A stretch of 64,000 bases of DNA from a virus, in IMG/VR virus record IMGVR_UViG_3300046001_005260, positions 4,036 to 68,035 of that record; one strand, 5' to 3'. A program made the translations under genes and the position numbers. Positions 8,475 to 17,132 of this stretch are shown here, piece by piece (position 1 is the first letter of the stretch; each line of letters opens with the position of its first letter). The notes beneath the pieces were generated by a model. That model was not told the DNA's origin. It was given only the letters and a program-made list of their open reading frames with translations, and did not search any database.

Positions 8475-10110
8475 TGGTCGGTTCTTTCGCCCCGCTAACC
8501 CATGCCGCTCCAAGGAGCGCCGCCAATGAGTCTTCGTCGATTAGCTTGCCCTCTTTCACGGCTTTCTCAAGGTCTTTCATCCGCTCGCTTAGTGAGTCAA
8601 GCGCGGCAGCATCGGCGGCTTTGACGGGCTTCTTGCGCGCTCGCTTTGCCTTGACTGGCTTTGCGGGTGGTTCCGGTTCTTCGTCATCTCCCGGTTCGGT
8701 TTCAAGTTCTGGTTCCGTGCCGGTTTGCGGCGTGGCGATTTCATCCTGTTCTTCAGACTCCTCCACAAGCAATTCATCCCCTGCCGCCGGTTGCGGTATC
8801 CCGTGCCGCTCGTAAAACCAAGCGGACGCGACAGGCACGACGCCGGAGGTGATGCCAAGCGCAACATCGCGCTCAGCCATCGCTTTCTCATCCTTCGATT
8901 CTTCCGACCTTGCCCACATCTCAGGCAGGTCTGACCGCTCGCCGTAGTTGACCGCCACGATGGCTGGAATGAGTTGATGCGTGAGAATCCCACCAACGAA
9001 GTCAGCGACGCCGGAAACGACCGCGTTAAGCGTGTTTTCGTGAACCTCGCCAAGCGCGCGGCTGCCGGTGCCATCGGTTCCACTGGTCAGCGTTTGGCCT
9101 AAAATGAATTGCTCGCATTGACGGTCGGCCAGGTCTAGCAAAGCGGCTTGCGGGATAGCGTCGCCGCCTTTTGCCGCGTCCATGACGTTGACCTTGGTTC
9201 CGGAGTTGGTAATGACGTATCCCGCTGATCCGATGTCTGCCATCGCAGCCTGAACGGCGGAAACGTCGGAAGCGTCGGCAACCTCAACGTGGCGCCATGG
9301 CACGCCGTAAAGCTGAGTAAACGACATGAACCATTTCAGCCCATAGACCGCCGCCAACCAATACCCTACCAGCGCACGCAACGGTGCGGCAACGGATGGA
9401 TGCCCGTCATGGCCCGAATGAACGCCAATCAGGAAACGATTCGGTGCAAAGTCTTCATAAACCCGCGCTCCCATTGCACCGCTAGGATCAAACATGAGGC
9501 GGTCTTCTGCGTCATCTTTCGGGTCGTAATACGGGTAGCCATAATACCGCGCCGGAACCGCCTTGGTGCATCGTGGTTTCCATGTCCCGTCTGCGGATTT
9601 ATCCCATCGGATTTCTGCGACCCGATGCCCGTAGTAATACCCGCGCACTAGCCCGGAAATGGTAGATTCTAGACCATCCTCCATGCGTTCGGGGCGTGGT
9701 TTCATCCCCCAAACGATTGCTTCAATCTCCCGCGCCATGCGCTCCGCTGACTTCTTCGGCTTGTCGCCGCGTGGTGCGTATGGAATGACTTTCCACGGCG
9801 CTGTCACTACCATCCGCGAAACCTCGTCAATCGACTTTTGCAGCTTCGGCCAGGTGTCAATCATGGCCGTGAAAAGGAGGCTTTGCTGGTGCAAGTCGCC
9901 ATTAAGCGCAGCTGCGAGCGTCGCCTTTACGTCTGTTGGCTTTTGCTCCCGCTCGAAAATATCCCACATGCGATCCCGCGCCGCTGGCACGTTGATGGAA
10001 TTGGCCCAATCGTTGCGCTGCCTGCGGTTTTCAGCGGACGCGGCAGCGACAATGTCACGGCGTGGCGGCAAAGCAGCGCCAACGGGTCGGAATTGTGGGG
10101 AAATGTTCAT
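8464..10110 (-). CDS. Portal protein (DUF935 / Mu gp29-like)
   Basis: W..F...YG.PWR and ILGQTLTS...GSRALGEVH motifs. Confidence 0.9.
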   Translation of the reverse strand: MNISPQFRPVGAALPPRRDIVAAASAENRRQRNDWANSINVPAARDRMWDIFEREQKPTDVKATLAAALNGDLHQQSLLFTAMIDTWPKLQKSIDEVSRMVVTAPWKVIPYAPRGDKPKKSAERMAREIEAIVWGMKPRPERMEDGLESTISGLVRGYYYGHRVAEIRWDKSADGTWKPRCTKAVPARYYGYPYYDPKDDAEDRLMFDPSGAMGARVYEDFAPNRFLIGVHSGHDGHPSVAAPLRALVGYWLAAVYGLKWFMSFTQLYGVPWRHVEVADASDVSAVQAAMADIGSAGYVITNSGTKVNVMDAAKGGDAIPQAALLDLADRQCEQFILGQTLTSGTDGTGSRALGEVHENTLNAVVSGVADFVGGILTHQLIPAIVAVNYGERSDLPEMWARSEESKDEKAMAERDVALGITSGVVPVASAWFYERHGIPQPAAGDELLVEESEEQDEIATPQTGTEPELETEPGDDEEPEPPAKPVKAKRARKKPVKAADAAALDSLSERMKDLEKAVKEGKLIDEDSLAALLGAAWVSGAKEPTNDK

Positions 10111-10119
10111 GGTTCTTGA

Positions 10120-10485
10120 TTAGTCTTGCGTTGGCGTTGCTGTTTTCTTGCCTTGGCACCCAGCAATAACGGATTTCACCCCATCCATTGCAACGGTTGA
10201 CCTTTCGAGCGCGACAATCAATCGGTCCCGCTCATCCTTCGATTCCTTGTCCCGCGCAAGTTCCTTTGCTTCCGCCTTGGCCTCGGTGCGGTCAAGTCTT
10301 GCGCTCATCCATCTAAGCGCGATAGCAAGACCGACAAGCGCGCCAACCGGACCGACAAGCCAAGTCATCCAATCCGGCATGGGCGCGTTAGTAACGTCGG
10401 CAAGCATTCTCGTTGTCTTGCTTCCAAGTAGCGAGGCGGATACGGCGATAAATCCAGATGCGGCGGTTTCGATATTTGCGATCAT
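10120..10485 (-). CDS. Holin-like membrane protein
   Basis: Hydrophobic segments plus coiled coil; in the lysis cassette; nearly identical to 51741-52109. Confidence 0.5.
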   Translation of the reverse strand: MIANIETAASGFIAVSASLLGSKTTRMLADVTNAPMPDWMTWLVGPVGALVGLAIALRWMSARLDRTEAKAEAKELARDKESKDERDRLIVALERSTVAMDGVKSVIAGCQGKKTATPTQD

Positions 10486-10488
10486 GAG

Positions 10489-10635
10489 TCAGTATTTTTT
10501 GCGGCAGTTCGGGCAGATAGCGCAGCCCGACGGGAGGAAATTCAGGGTTGACCGGCAATCACGGCAGAATCCAAGCAACTTGCAGGCCTTGCCTAGCCAG
10601 TAGTGGATTCTCAGGTTAATGCGGCGGGCGATCAT
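10489..10635 (-). CDS. 48-aa Cys-rich zinc-ribbon protein (not in the ORF track)
   Basis: MIARRINLRIHYWLGKACKLLGFCRDCRSTLNFLPSGCAICPNCRKKY; conserved at 52113-52259. Confidence 0.75.
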   Translation of the reverse strand: MIARRINLRIHYWLGKACKLLGFCRDCRSTLNFLPSGCAICPNCRKKY

Positions 10636-10637
10636 AG

Positions 10638-11126
10638 TTAAATTGTAAATCTGATTCGTGAGCGTATTTTCGAGACTGGCCTGCGCTTGACCAGCACGGC
10701 CCCGCCTTCGCGTGATCCCTGCCCGTCCGTGTTGCCTTCGATGGTTTGCACCATTCCTTGCGTGGCTGGTCCTATGGCGATTCCGCAGTGCGAGAACGTG
10801 AAAACGAGAATATCACCCGCTTTGATGTCGCGTGGGGGCTTTTGGGTTCGAGTGGTGCCGTCTTGCGCCAAGCTCCAATGTTCTAGCGCCCATGCGACGG
10901 CAGTTGTCGGGCGGCGAAAAGTGGCTGTTTCCTCGACTCCGCAACGCTTCATAGCCTCGCGAACGCACCAACAAACAAACGCCGCGCACCATGGCCAGCC
11001 TTGCGACGGGTCGAGAGCGGTTGCGGACTTGTAGGCGTTGACCCTTGGCCCGCAGTTCGTGCCGTCGATTTCCTCAACGCCGATCTCTGCCGCCGCAACG
11101 TCAACGATGGATTGCGCTAGGGTCAT
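10638..11126 (-). CDS. CHAP-domain endolysin
   Basis: PWCAAFV, SHCGI and TIEGNT motifs. Confidence 0.85.
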   Translation of the reverse strand: MTLAQSIVDVAAAEIGVEEIDGTNCGPRVNAYKSATALDPSQGWPWCAAFVCWCVREAMKRCGVEETATFRRPTTAVAWALEHWSLAQDGTTRTQKPPRDIKAGDILVFTFSHCGIAIGPATQGMVQTIEGNTDGQGSREGGAVLVKRRPVSKIRSRIRFTI

Positions 11127-11129
11127 TTT

Positions 11130-11291
11130 TCAGTCTGAAAGGTGGATCATTAGGCCGAGGTTGATTACGAACGCCACTAACGCCACCACAAGGAGCCATC
11201 CAATGTCGTGAACGATGGCGTAAGGCATGGCGATGAATCCAGCGAGCGCAACAACCTCAAAAACATGGCGGTATTCCCAAGCAGTCGGCAT
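11130..11291 (-). CDS. 53-aa protein with two transmembrane helices (holin candidate; not in the ORF track)
   Basis: MPTAWEYRHVFEVVALAGFIAMPYAIVHDIGWLLVVALVAFVINLGLMIHLSD fills the gap in the lysis cassette. Confidence 0.6.
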   Translation of the reverse strand: MPTAWEYRHVFEVVALAGFIAMPYAIVHDIGWLLVVALVAFVINLGLMIHLSD

Positions 11292-11293
11292 TT

Positions 11294-11470
11294 TCATTTT
11301 TCAGCGAAGATTTGAGCGGCAACCAGCGCGGCGTTGACGCCGACAGCATCCGGCCCGGTCGTGGTGATCGTGGTGCCGTCCGGCAACTTCGTAACCGTCG
11401 TGGTGCAACTGGTCATCGACCAGCAAAGCAAGCCGAGAGCGGCAATGGCGAACAAATGGCGCGTTTTCAT
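11294..11470 (-). CDS. Small lipoprotein (spanin candidate)
   Basis: Signal peptide with lipobox MTSC; counterpart of 52747-52893. Confidence 0.65.
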   Translation of the reverse strand: MKTRHLFAIAALGLLCWSMTSCTTTVTKLPDGTTITTTGPDAVGVNAALVAAQIFAEK

Positions 11471-11514
11471 CGCGGCAATGTCGCCTTTCGTGGCCCCCGG
11501 ATGCAAGGTTAGGC

Positions 11515-11526
11515 AATGGCCCCCGA
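11515..11526 (-). promoter_or_regulatory. Late-promoter box for the lysis cassette
   Basis: TCGGGGGCCATT-N8-TTGCAT-N17-CGACAT-N7-ATG; a second partial box lies within the spacer. Confidence 0.7.
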
Positions 11527-12876
11527 TTACCATCCCGTTACAAGACCAGCACCGAACGGGTTATCGCTGACTGGTTGCCGGTGGAATGAATCGGCAGTGA
11601 CAGCACCGTTCATCCATGAACCGCAGCCGATGCAACCAAGAATCGCATCCGCCCGGTCGGGTGATCCAAGACCTCTCTTTGCCATGTCCTCTTTCGATTC
11701 CGCCTTTTTCTTGCCCTTTGCATCCCATTGAAACAACCTGGTTGTCAGTTGCCGCTTCGTCTCAGGATCAGGCTCGCCAATGTTGAAGTCTCCGCGTTGG
11801 ATACGGCGGCAACCTTGAATCCAAACCTCTGAAATCAGGTTGGAATAGTTCTCAGCGTCAAGCGGTTTTGACCCGCCGTGGAACTCATTGATTGGAAAAT
11901 TTTCATCGCGGAACTGGTCAACCATCGGCCCACCTAGCCCGTCTGCGTCGCCGTAGCATTGGTGCGGCTTGACGTTGTTTGAGTTGGCAAGGTGGATGAA
12001 CCGGCGCACGGCTTGAACCGTGTCACGCTGCCTCCATGCCTCAACAATCCGCACCCGATTACCACGGCGCAAAGCAAATACGTTCTCGTCCCCTCCACGG
12101 GCAAAGTCGAAAAACGCGACAGTCTCTCCGCCAATCTCGTTCGCGGTTGGCTGCAGTAGGATTGCCGCTTGGAGCGCTTCGGGGTCAATAATGAGAAATT
12201 GACCATCCATTGTAAACTCTGCCGAATGAGCGGATGCGAATTTATCCGGCGGCATTAGCTCCCGGTCTCGCTCGCGCTTCCACGCTGGAATGTGGGGGCA
12301 TTCATCGGATGGAACTTTGCGCGTCCAGTAGTATTTTTTCAGCGAATGGAAGCAGTCAAAGAACCGACCGACCGGAGGACCAGCGGACGAGATAATGAGC
12401 GAATAGGCAACGGTGCAACGGTCAAACGCCGTCCAGATTGCATCAGGCACCGTCTTTGCTTCGTCGATCAGGATCATAACCGGGTCAACGTCCGGTCCCT
12501 GCTTAGGATGCCAACCCTCGGCCCTGCCTGCGTCTTTTGTGCTAAATCCGATCCCCTCACCGCCGCCTGGCGCTTTGATTCGTAGCGGCGAGGATGCACG
12601 CCTAACCTCGAAATTGCCGGGTAGCTGCGTTGCCATGCTCGCCCATGTCTGGTTTTGGAGCTGATTGAAACTTGACGACGTGGCAACCAGCCATCCCTTC
12701 GGGTGCTTTGAGAAAAACCAATCGACTGCCGATGCTGCCAGCCATGTCTTGCCAGCTCCGTTCGCCGTTATCAGCGCCGTAGGGTATCCCCTGCCGAATG
12801 ACTCCAACGATTCAATCTGCCAGCCCATGAGCGTCTTTCCGCGCGCAATCGCCAGTTGCCACGGGGTCAGCTTCAT
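11527..12876 (-). CDS. terL: Terminase large subunit
   Basis: Walker A NGAGKT, Walker B ILIDE, nuclease motifs DFARGGD and SPDRADA. Confidence 0.92.
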   Translation of the reverse strand: MKLTPWQLAIARGKTLMGWQIESLESFGRGYPTALITANGAGKTWLAASAVDWFFSKHPKGWLVATSSSFNQLQNQTWASMATQLPGNFEVRRASSPLRIKAPGGGEGIGFSTKDAGRAEGWHPKQGPDVDPVMILIDEAKTVPDAIWTAFDRCTVAYSLIISSAGPPVGRFFDCFHSLKKYYWTRKVPSDECPHIPAWKRERDRELMPPDKFASAHSAEFTMDGQFLIIDPEALQAAILLQPTANEIGGETVAFFDFARGGDENVFALRRGNRVRIVEAWRQRDTVQAVRRFIHLANSNNVKPHQCYGDADGLGGPMVDQFRDENFPINEFHGGSKPLDAENYSNLISEVWIQGCRRIQRGDFNIGEPDPETKRQLTTRLFQWDAKGKKKAESKEDMAKRGLGSPDRADAILGCIGCGSWMNGAVTADSFHRQPVSDNPFGAGLVTGW

Positions 12877-13472
12877 TTGTCGGATTCCTCGCCACGGAAT
12901 GATGCAGGCGCGGAAACACCGGAGGCAATGCGGGCGGCATCGGACGCGCGGGAAAGAATCGCCTCTTGCATCTCCGGCGAAATCTCATGCGAGGATTGCG
13001 ATTGAATTGGCTTGCCGTCTGGTCCGCTGATTTCAGTGGCGATGCGGTCCCCGTAGCGTTTCGGGTCCCATTTAGCCAAGAGTTTCAACCGCGTCTCAAC
13101 CCGTAACTTGGTGCGCAGAATCCACTCCTTGTCTGGAATCTCAACCGTCTGCCCTGCCCGCTCAAATGCCACCGTATCAAGCTCGCTAGAGTCAGCGATA
13201 GCCATGGCGTCAAGCGCGATTCGGTCAAAACCTGCCTCCCTTGCGCGCGCGATTTGCCGGTAAAACTCCTCGTCTTCTTTCATCCACTCATAAACACAAT
13301 CACGATTCGGCATGTCCTCCGGTTCGCAGATGATAGTTAACGGAGTCCCTTGTGCCAACCCTGTCAAAATCCGGTCAACCACTTCCGGCACGAATTTCGA
13401 CGGTCTTCCCCTTGGTCTTTTTTCGACCCTGGTCAGCACTTCTGCCTTGGTTTTGTCGCTGTCCCGTTTCAT
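12873..13472 (-). CDS. terS: Terminase small subunit
   Basis: GRPSKF start, HTH-like segment, KLRVETRLKLLAKWDPKRYGD; directly upstream of terL. Confidence 0.85.
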   Translation of the reverse strand: MKRDSDKTKAEVLTRVEKRPRGRPSKFVPEVVDRILTGLAQGTPLTIICEPEDMPNRDCVYEWMKEDEEFYRQIARAREAGFDRIALDAMAIADSSELDTVAFERAGQTVEIPDKEWILRTKLRVETRLKLLAKWDPKRYGDRIATEISGPDGKPIQSQSSHEISPEMQEAILSRASDAARIASGVSAPASFRGEESDK

Positions 13473-13503
13473 GCCATCACTTTTCCGCGCGCGTGCGCCA
13501 TCG

Positions 13504-13767
13504 TCAAGCGTCCGAAATGGCCCCCGGCGTAGTTACTAGCCCAGCCTCCACAAACGCGGCCAGAAGCCTATCTCTGCGCAATCTTGCCTTATCCGCGGAA
13601 TGAGTCTTCATCCCGATCTTGATTCGGCTTCCGGTGAGCCCCTTGTCGCGTGTTATGGTTACGCGCATAACCCAATACCCGCTCGCGCGCCGGTGCAGGT
13701 GATGATTCGGGTCGTCCATTCGGGCGGCAGAGCATTCGACAAGGCGGAGTCTGGTTGGTGGTGTCAT
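13504..13767 (-). CDS. Small basic DPNHHL-motif protein (putative DNA binding)
   Basis: Homologue of 55010-55282 at the same position before terS. Confidence 0.7.
   Translation of the reverse strand: MTPPTRLRLVECSAARMDDPNHHLHRRASGYWVMRVTITRDKGLTGSRIKIGMKTHSADKARLRRDRLLAAFVEAGLVTTPGAISDA
13516..13527 (-). promoter_or_regulatory. Late-promoter box for terS
   Basis: CCGGGGGCCATT-N8-TTGACG-N17-AAAAGT-N6-ATG. Confidence 0.75.
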
Positions 13768-14063
13768 GGTTTTTTGCGTGATTTCCGGTAAGCGGCCATC
13801 TTGCACGATGACCGGCAAAACTTCTGTGTCTTCATCATGACCACGAATCTTGACCCGCATTCCCCACAGAATCGGACTTCCTCCGATGGCTCCTTGATCT
13901 CGCGCGGCTTGTAAGCGCCTCGTTTCTCCTTCTCCCGCGCCGCTTCCACGTTCCAGCTTTCCCGCTTCATGCCTCTGGTTGCCAGCCAGGCGTCGCACGC
14001 TCGCCCGACCGACTGGCTTAGGAATTTCATCGGCTGCGATTCGTCTATGTCAATGTCTCTCAT
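13764..14063 (-). CDS. Hypothetical protein with C-terminal zinc finger
   Basis: CGECG...FCRSSC; the VGRACD segment is shared with 56472-56657. Confidence 0.65.
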   Translation of the reverse strand: MRDIDIDESQPMKFLSQSVGRACDAWLATRGMKRESWNVEAAREKEKRGAYKPREIKEPSEEVRFCGECGSRFVVMMKTQKFCRSSCKMAAYRKSRKKP

Positions 14064-14136
14064 GGTGTTGGTTGGTGATGCGTCAAGGATTGCCAGATTG
14101 GCCCCGATGGCAAGCGGTTTTTCTAACCGTTGCAAA

Positions 14137-14389
14137 GTAACGGACTAGGTAACGGTCGCTGTTACCACGCAAGTCATTGGAATTCAAGCCTTTGCCCGCC
14201 TGAGAGAGAGAGTAACAGAAAAATGTACATAATAATAATATAGCGGGCGCGCCCGCGCCCACACACCCGCGCCCACACCCGCGCCCCCAAGCGCCTCTAC
14301 AGCGGACGGTGCTGTTACCGACCGATTCCGGCGCAAAAACACTGTGATTGCAACAAGTTACGAATAACAAAACCGGTTACGGTGGTAAC
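14137..14389. other. Putative replication origin of phage A
   Basis: Seven GTAAC/GTTAC pentamers, an AT-rich core and CCCGCGCCC repeats in a non-coding gap after the primase-helicase. Confidence 0.55.
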
Positions 14390-14423
14390 AAAAAGCCCCG
14401 AAATGCGCGTTGCACTCCGGGGC
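14390..14423 (-). terminator. Intrinsic terminator after the primase-helicase
   Basis: GCCCCG/CGGGGC stem followed by TTTTT on the minus strand. Confidence 0.65.
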
Positions 14424-14478
14424 GGTTTTGGTTCAAACGGTCGTTTGAAACTTTGTTTTGCTGCCGATTTTCCGAATT

Positions 14479-17118
14479 TCACACCGGAATTTCCACCGCC
14501 CGCTGCCTCACATGCGATCCAAAAGCCATCGTTTCCACCCGCTTTGCACCTTTGACGCGCTCCAATTGCAGCTTCCACTTTGCCCCTGCCCATGCCGTGT
14601 CGGTGAAGATTTTCTCCAATAACTGGTGACGGTTGGCGACAAATAGCGCCTCGCCTTCTAGCTTCATCCCGTGCCTGAGTAGGGTCTTTCGGAACTCATC
14701 ACGGCGGAAGTTCTCTGCCTCGACTGGCGTGTATTCCGGCAGCGCGTGAATCTCTGCGATGATCTCACTGACAGACATGGTTGCGCCGTGTCCTTGAATC
14801 TCAAACCGGATTGGAGCGGCGAACAGGTGAGCCAGGCATTGATTCTCGTCGTTGTCAACGTCTTCCGACCTGAAGCCGGACCAGTCCTGCTGTGCCATCC
14901 ATGAGCGCGCCGCCTGCTTCGTGATTTCCTTGCCGCTGGTCAACGAGTATGCACCGGCAAGTAGCGTGCCGATTTGGTCTGCGCTGCGCTTGTCGCCGGT
15001 GAATTCGACAGCGACCGATGAGAATGTTTCCGTGTTGGTGTTGATCGTTTTGGCATGCCTGAGTGACCGGCTTCGGATTCGCTCACAATAGCCATCTGAG
15101 CCGACCGTGTCACGCCATAGGGACTTGATGCGGTCGAAGTCCTCCTGCGCGTATGGACCTGTATTCTTGCGCAGCGGCAGCACCGTCACGCGGCTGGTGT
15201 CGGCTTTCTTGACCGCGGCGACGCCGATGCTGGCGAAAAGGAACATGGAACGGATCATGTAAGTGATTGACCCGCCCGATGCCGTCCCCTTGACGATTCC
15301 TGCGCCGGTTTCCGTTGACGCTTGGCGGGCGAGTTCTAAAACACCGTTAAACCGGATTTGGCTTGCTCGGTCTTCGCTCTCTGCCTCGTCAAATACCACC
15401 GGCAGCGCGTCGCTGCCCAAATGACCGCGTATCCCGGCCTCGCTGGTGTTGCCCTGAACATGCAGCGCGGTGCGCCCAACAAGCGGGTGAATGATGTTCG
15501 CCACCGTCCACGACTTGCCGCTGCCCGATGGACCAGTAACCCACAAATGCGGACGCCACCCGAGCGCCCCGCAGATAGGAGCGAGCGCAATCCACCCGGC
15601 AAGGAGTTTCCCGAATAGCGGTTGCTCCCAAGATAGCAACTCGCACAATTCAATCAGCCGGGCAGCTTGCGCGTTCGTGGCAACCTCGGCAGAATCCACG
15701 GGTATTTCCAGCGCGCCTTCGTAGATTGCCCGAACGGCGCTTGAAAACGTCGGTATGTCAACCTCGCGACCGTTAACAACCAGCTTATCCCCGGCGTGGA
15801 AAACCACGTCCGCGCCGTCAATCCAGCATCCGCGCCCGCGTATCCGGCGTGGGTCGAATTTCGGCAGGGTTTGACTGCGTTGGATCAGCGCGTTGGTTGC
15901 CGCGTCCCAGTCGGCACCCTGCTTCGTCGGGTATTCAGCCTCCCAGATTTGAAGCGGGGCTAGGCGCATGAGATTGTTTTTCGAGTGCGCTGAGGCTGAT
16001 AGACTCACGATTTGCTGCCCGCTGTCCGGCATGTAAAAAAATGAGTCACCGTCAACTCCCAAGAGCCGGAACGGCAAGTCTCCGATTCGGTCATCTTTCC
16101 ATTTGCGCTGTGGCGGCGCTGTGGTTGCCTCAACCGGCACGGCGGTATCATCAGGGCAGTTGTATCCCGGCGGAGGTTCAGGCGCGTCCTGTGTCGGCGT
16201 GGCGGGCGGTTTGAGCCATGCCAGCAACTTCGCGCTATCCCATCCCTCCGCCACCGCGTCGGCCAAGTCCCATCCCTCCGCAACTCCGGCGGGGGGCTGG
16301 ATGATACGAACCTTGCCGGCAATGCCGGAGAGCGCCCCGGCGATAGCCCGCGCCGCGTCATGCCCGGGCGCGTCGGCATCCGGCCAAATCAGCACTTTCC
16401 GACCTGCCAGCGGTTGCCAATCGACATACCGAACGGCCTTGGATCCTCCCGGCCACGTCACCACCACGCCGGGGCAGATAGTCCGCGCGGCGTCGGCGGC
16501 TTTCTCGCCCTCGACCACGATCACCCCGGCGTCGGGATTGTTGGCAAGCAAATCCAGCCCGTAAAGCGGGCGGGGTTTTGGGAATGATTGAAACCGCCAT
16601 TCGCGCCGATCCCCTGATTGGCAGTAGGTTTGCGGCAGAATATCCTTGTGGCCTTCCGGCAGGTTGAAGCGGTGAATGTATCCGATCACCCCACCATCAG
16701 CCGTCCGGTAGGCCCAGCTTGCCGATGGCGTCCCGTGCCGCTTGTGGCGAAACACAGGCGACGGGACGCCATCCGGCACCGGCACTATCGGCAGCCAATC
16801 CTGCTTCGTTGCCGCTGGTTGCCACTCAGGCGGCGCAAGGTTGGCTTGCAGGCGGGCGTCAATCTCCCGCGCAGCCTCGGCCATCGTGCATGACCGGATA
16901 GCGGCGAGCAATCCGATAGGATCGCTCCCGCCTTGTCCGCTGGCAAAATCCTTCCAAACCCCGGAGCGCAGATTGATGGACAATGAGCGCCCCGGTTCGC
17001 CGGACGTTGACCCTACCTTCAGTTCGTTGCCTTCGCGGTGTCCGTTAGGAAACCATTCAGCGAGGAGTGACGGAAGGGATTGCAGCGCGGCTGCGGCGAT
17101 GGCTTGGAAGTCGATCAT
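14479..17118 (-). CDS. TOPRIM primase / P-loop helicase fusion
   Basis: TOPRIM motifs VVEGEKAADA and WPDAD; Walker motifs GPSGSGKS and VVFDE. Confidence 0.85.
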   Translation of the reverse strand: MIDFQAIAAAALQSLPSLLAEWFPNGHREGNELKVGSTSGEPGRSLSINLRSGVWKDFASGQGGSDPIGLLAAIRSCTMAEAAREIDARLQANLAPPEWQPAATKQDWLPIVPVPDGVPSPVFRHKRHGTPSASWAYRTADGGVIGYIHRFNLPEGHKDILPQTYCQSGDRREWRFQSFPKPRPLYGLDLLANNPDAGVIVVEGEKAADAARTICPGVVVTWPGGSKAVRYVDWQPLAGRKVLIWPDADAPGHDAARAIAGALSGIAGKVRIIQPPAGVAEGWDLADAVAEGWDSAKLLAWLKPPATPTQDAPEPPPGYNCPDDTAVPVEATTAPPQRKWKDDRIGDLPFRLLGVDGDSFFYMPDSGQQIVSLSASAHSKNNLMRLAPLQIWEAEYPTKQGADWDAATNALIQRSQTLPKFDPRRIRGRGCWIDGADVVFHAGDKLVVNGREVDIPTFSSAVRAIYEGALEIPVDSAEVATNAQAARLIELCELLSWEQPLFGKLLAGWIALAPICGALGWRPHLWVTGPSGSGKSWTVANIIHPLVGRTALHVQGNTSEAGIRGHLGSDALPVVFDEAESEDRASQIRFNGVLELARQASTETGAGIVKGTASGGSITYMIRSMFLFASIGVAAVKKADTSRVTVLPLRKNTGPYAQEDFDRIKSLWRDTVGSDGYCERIRSRSLRHAKTINTNTETFSSVAVEFTGDKRSADQIGTLLAGAYSLTSGKEITKQAARSWMAQQDWSGFRSEDVDNDENQCLAHLFAAPIRFEIQGHGATMSVSEIIAEIHALPEYTPVEAENFRRDEFRKTLLRHGMKLEGEALFVANRHQLLEKIFTDTAWAGAKWKLQLERVKGAKRVETMAFGSHVRQRAVEIPV

Positions 17119-17132
17119 GGTTGGCGGGTTGG

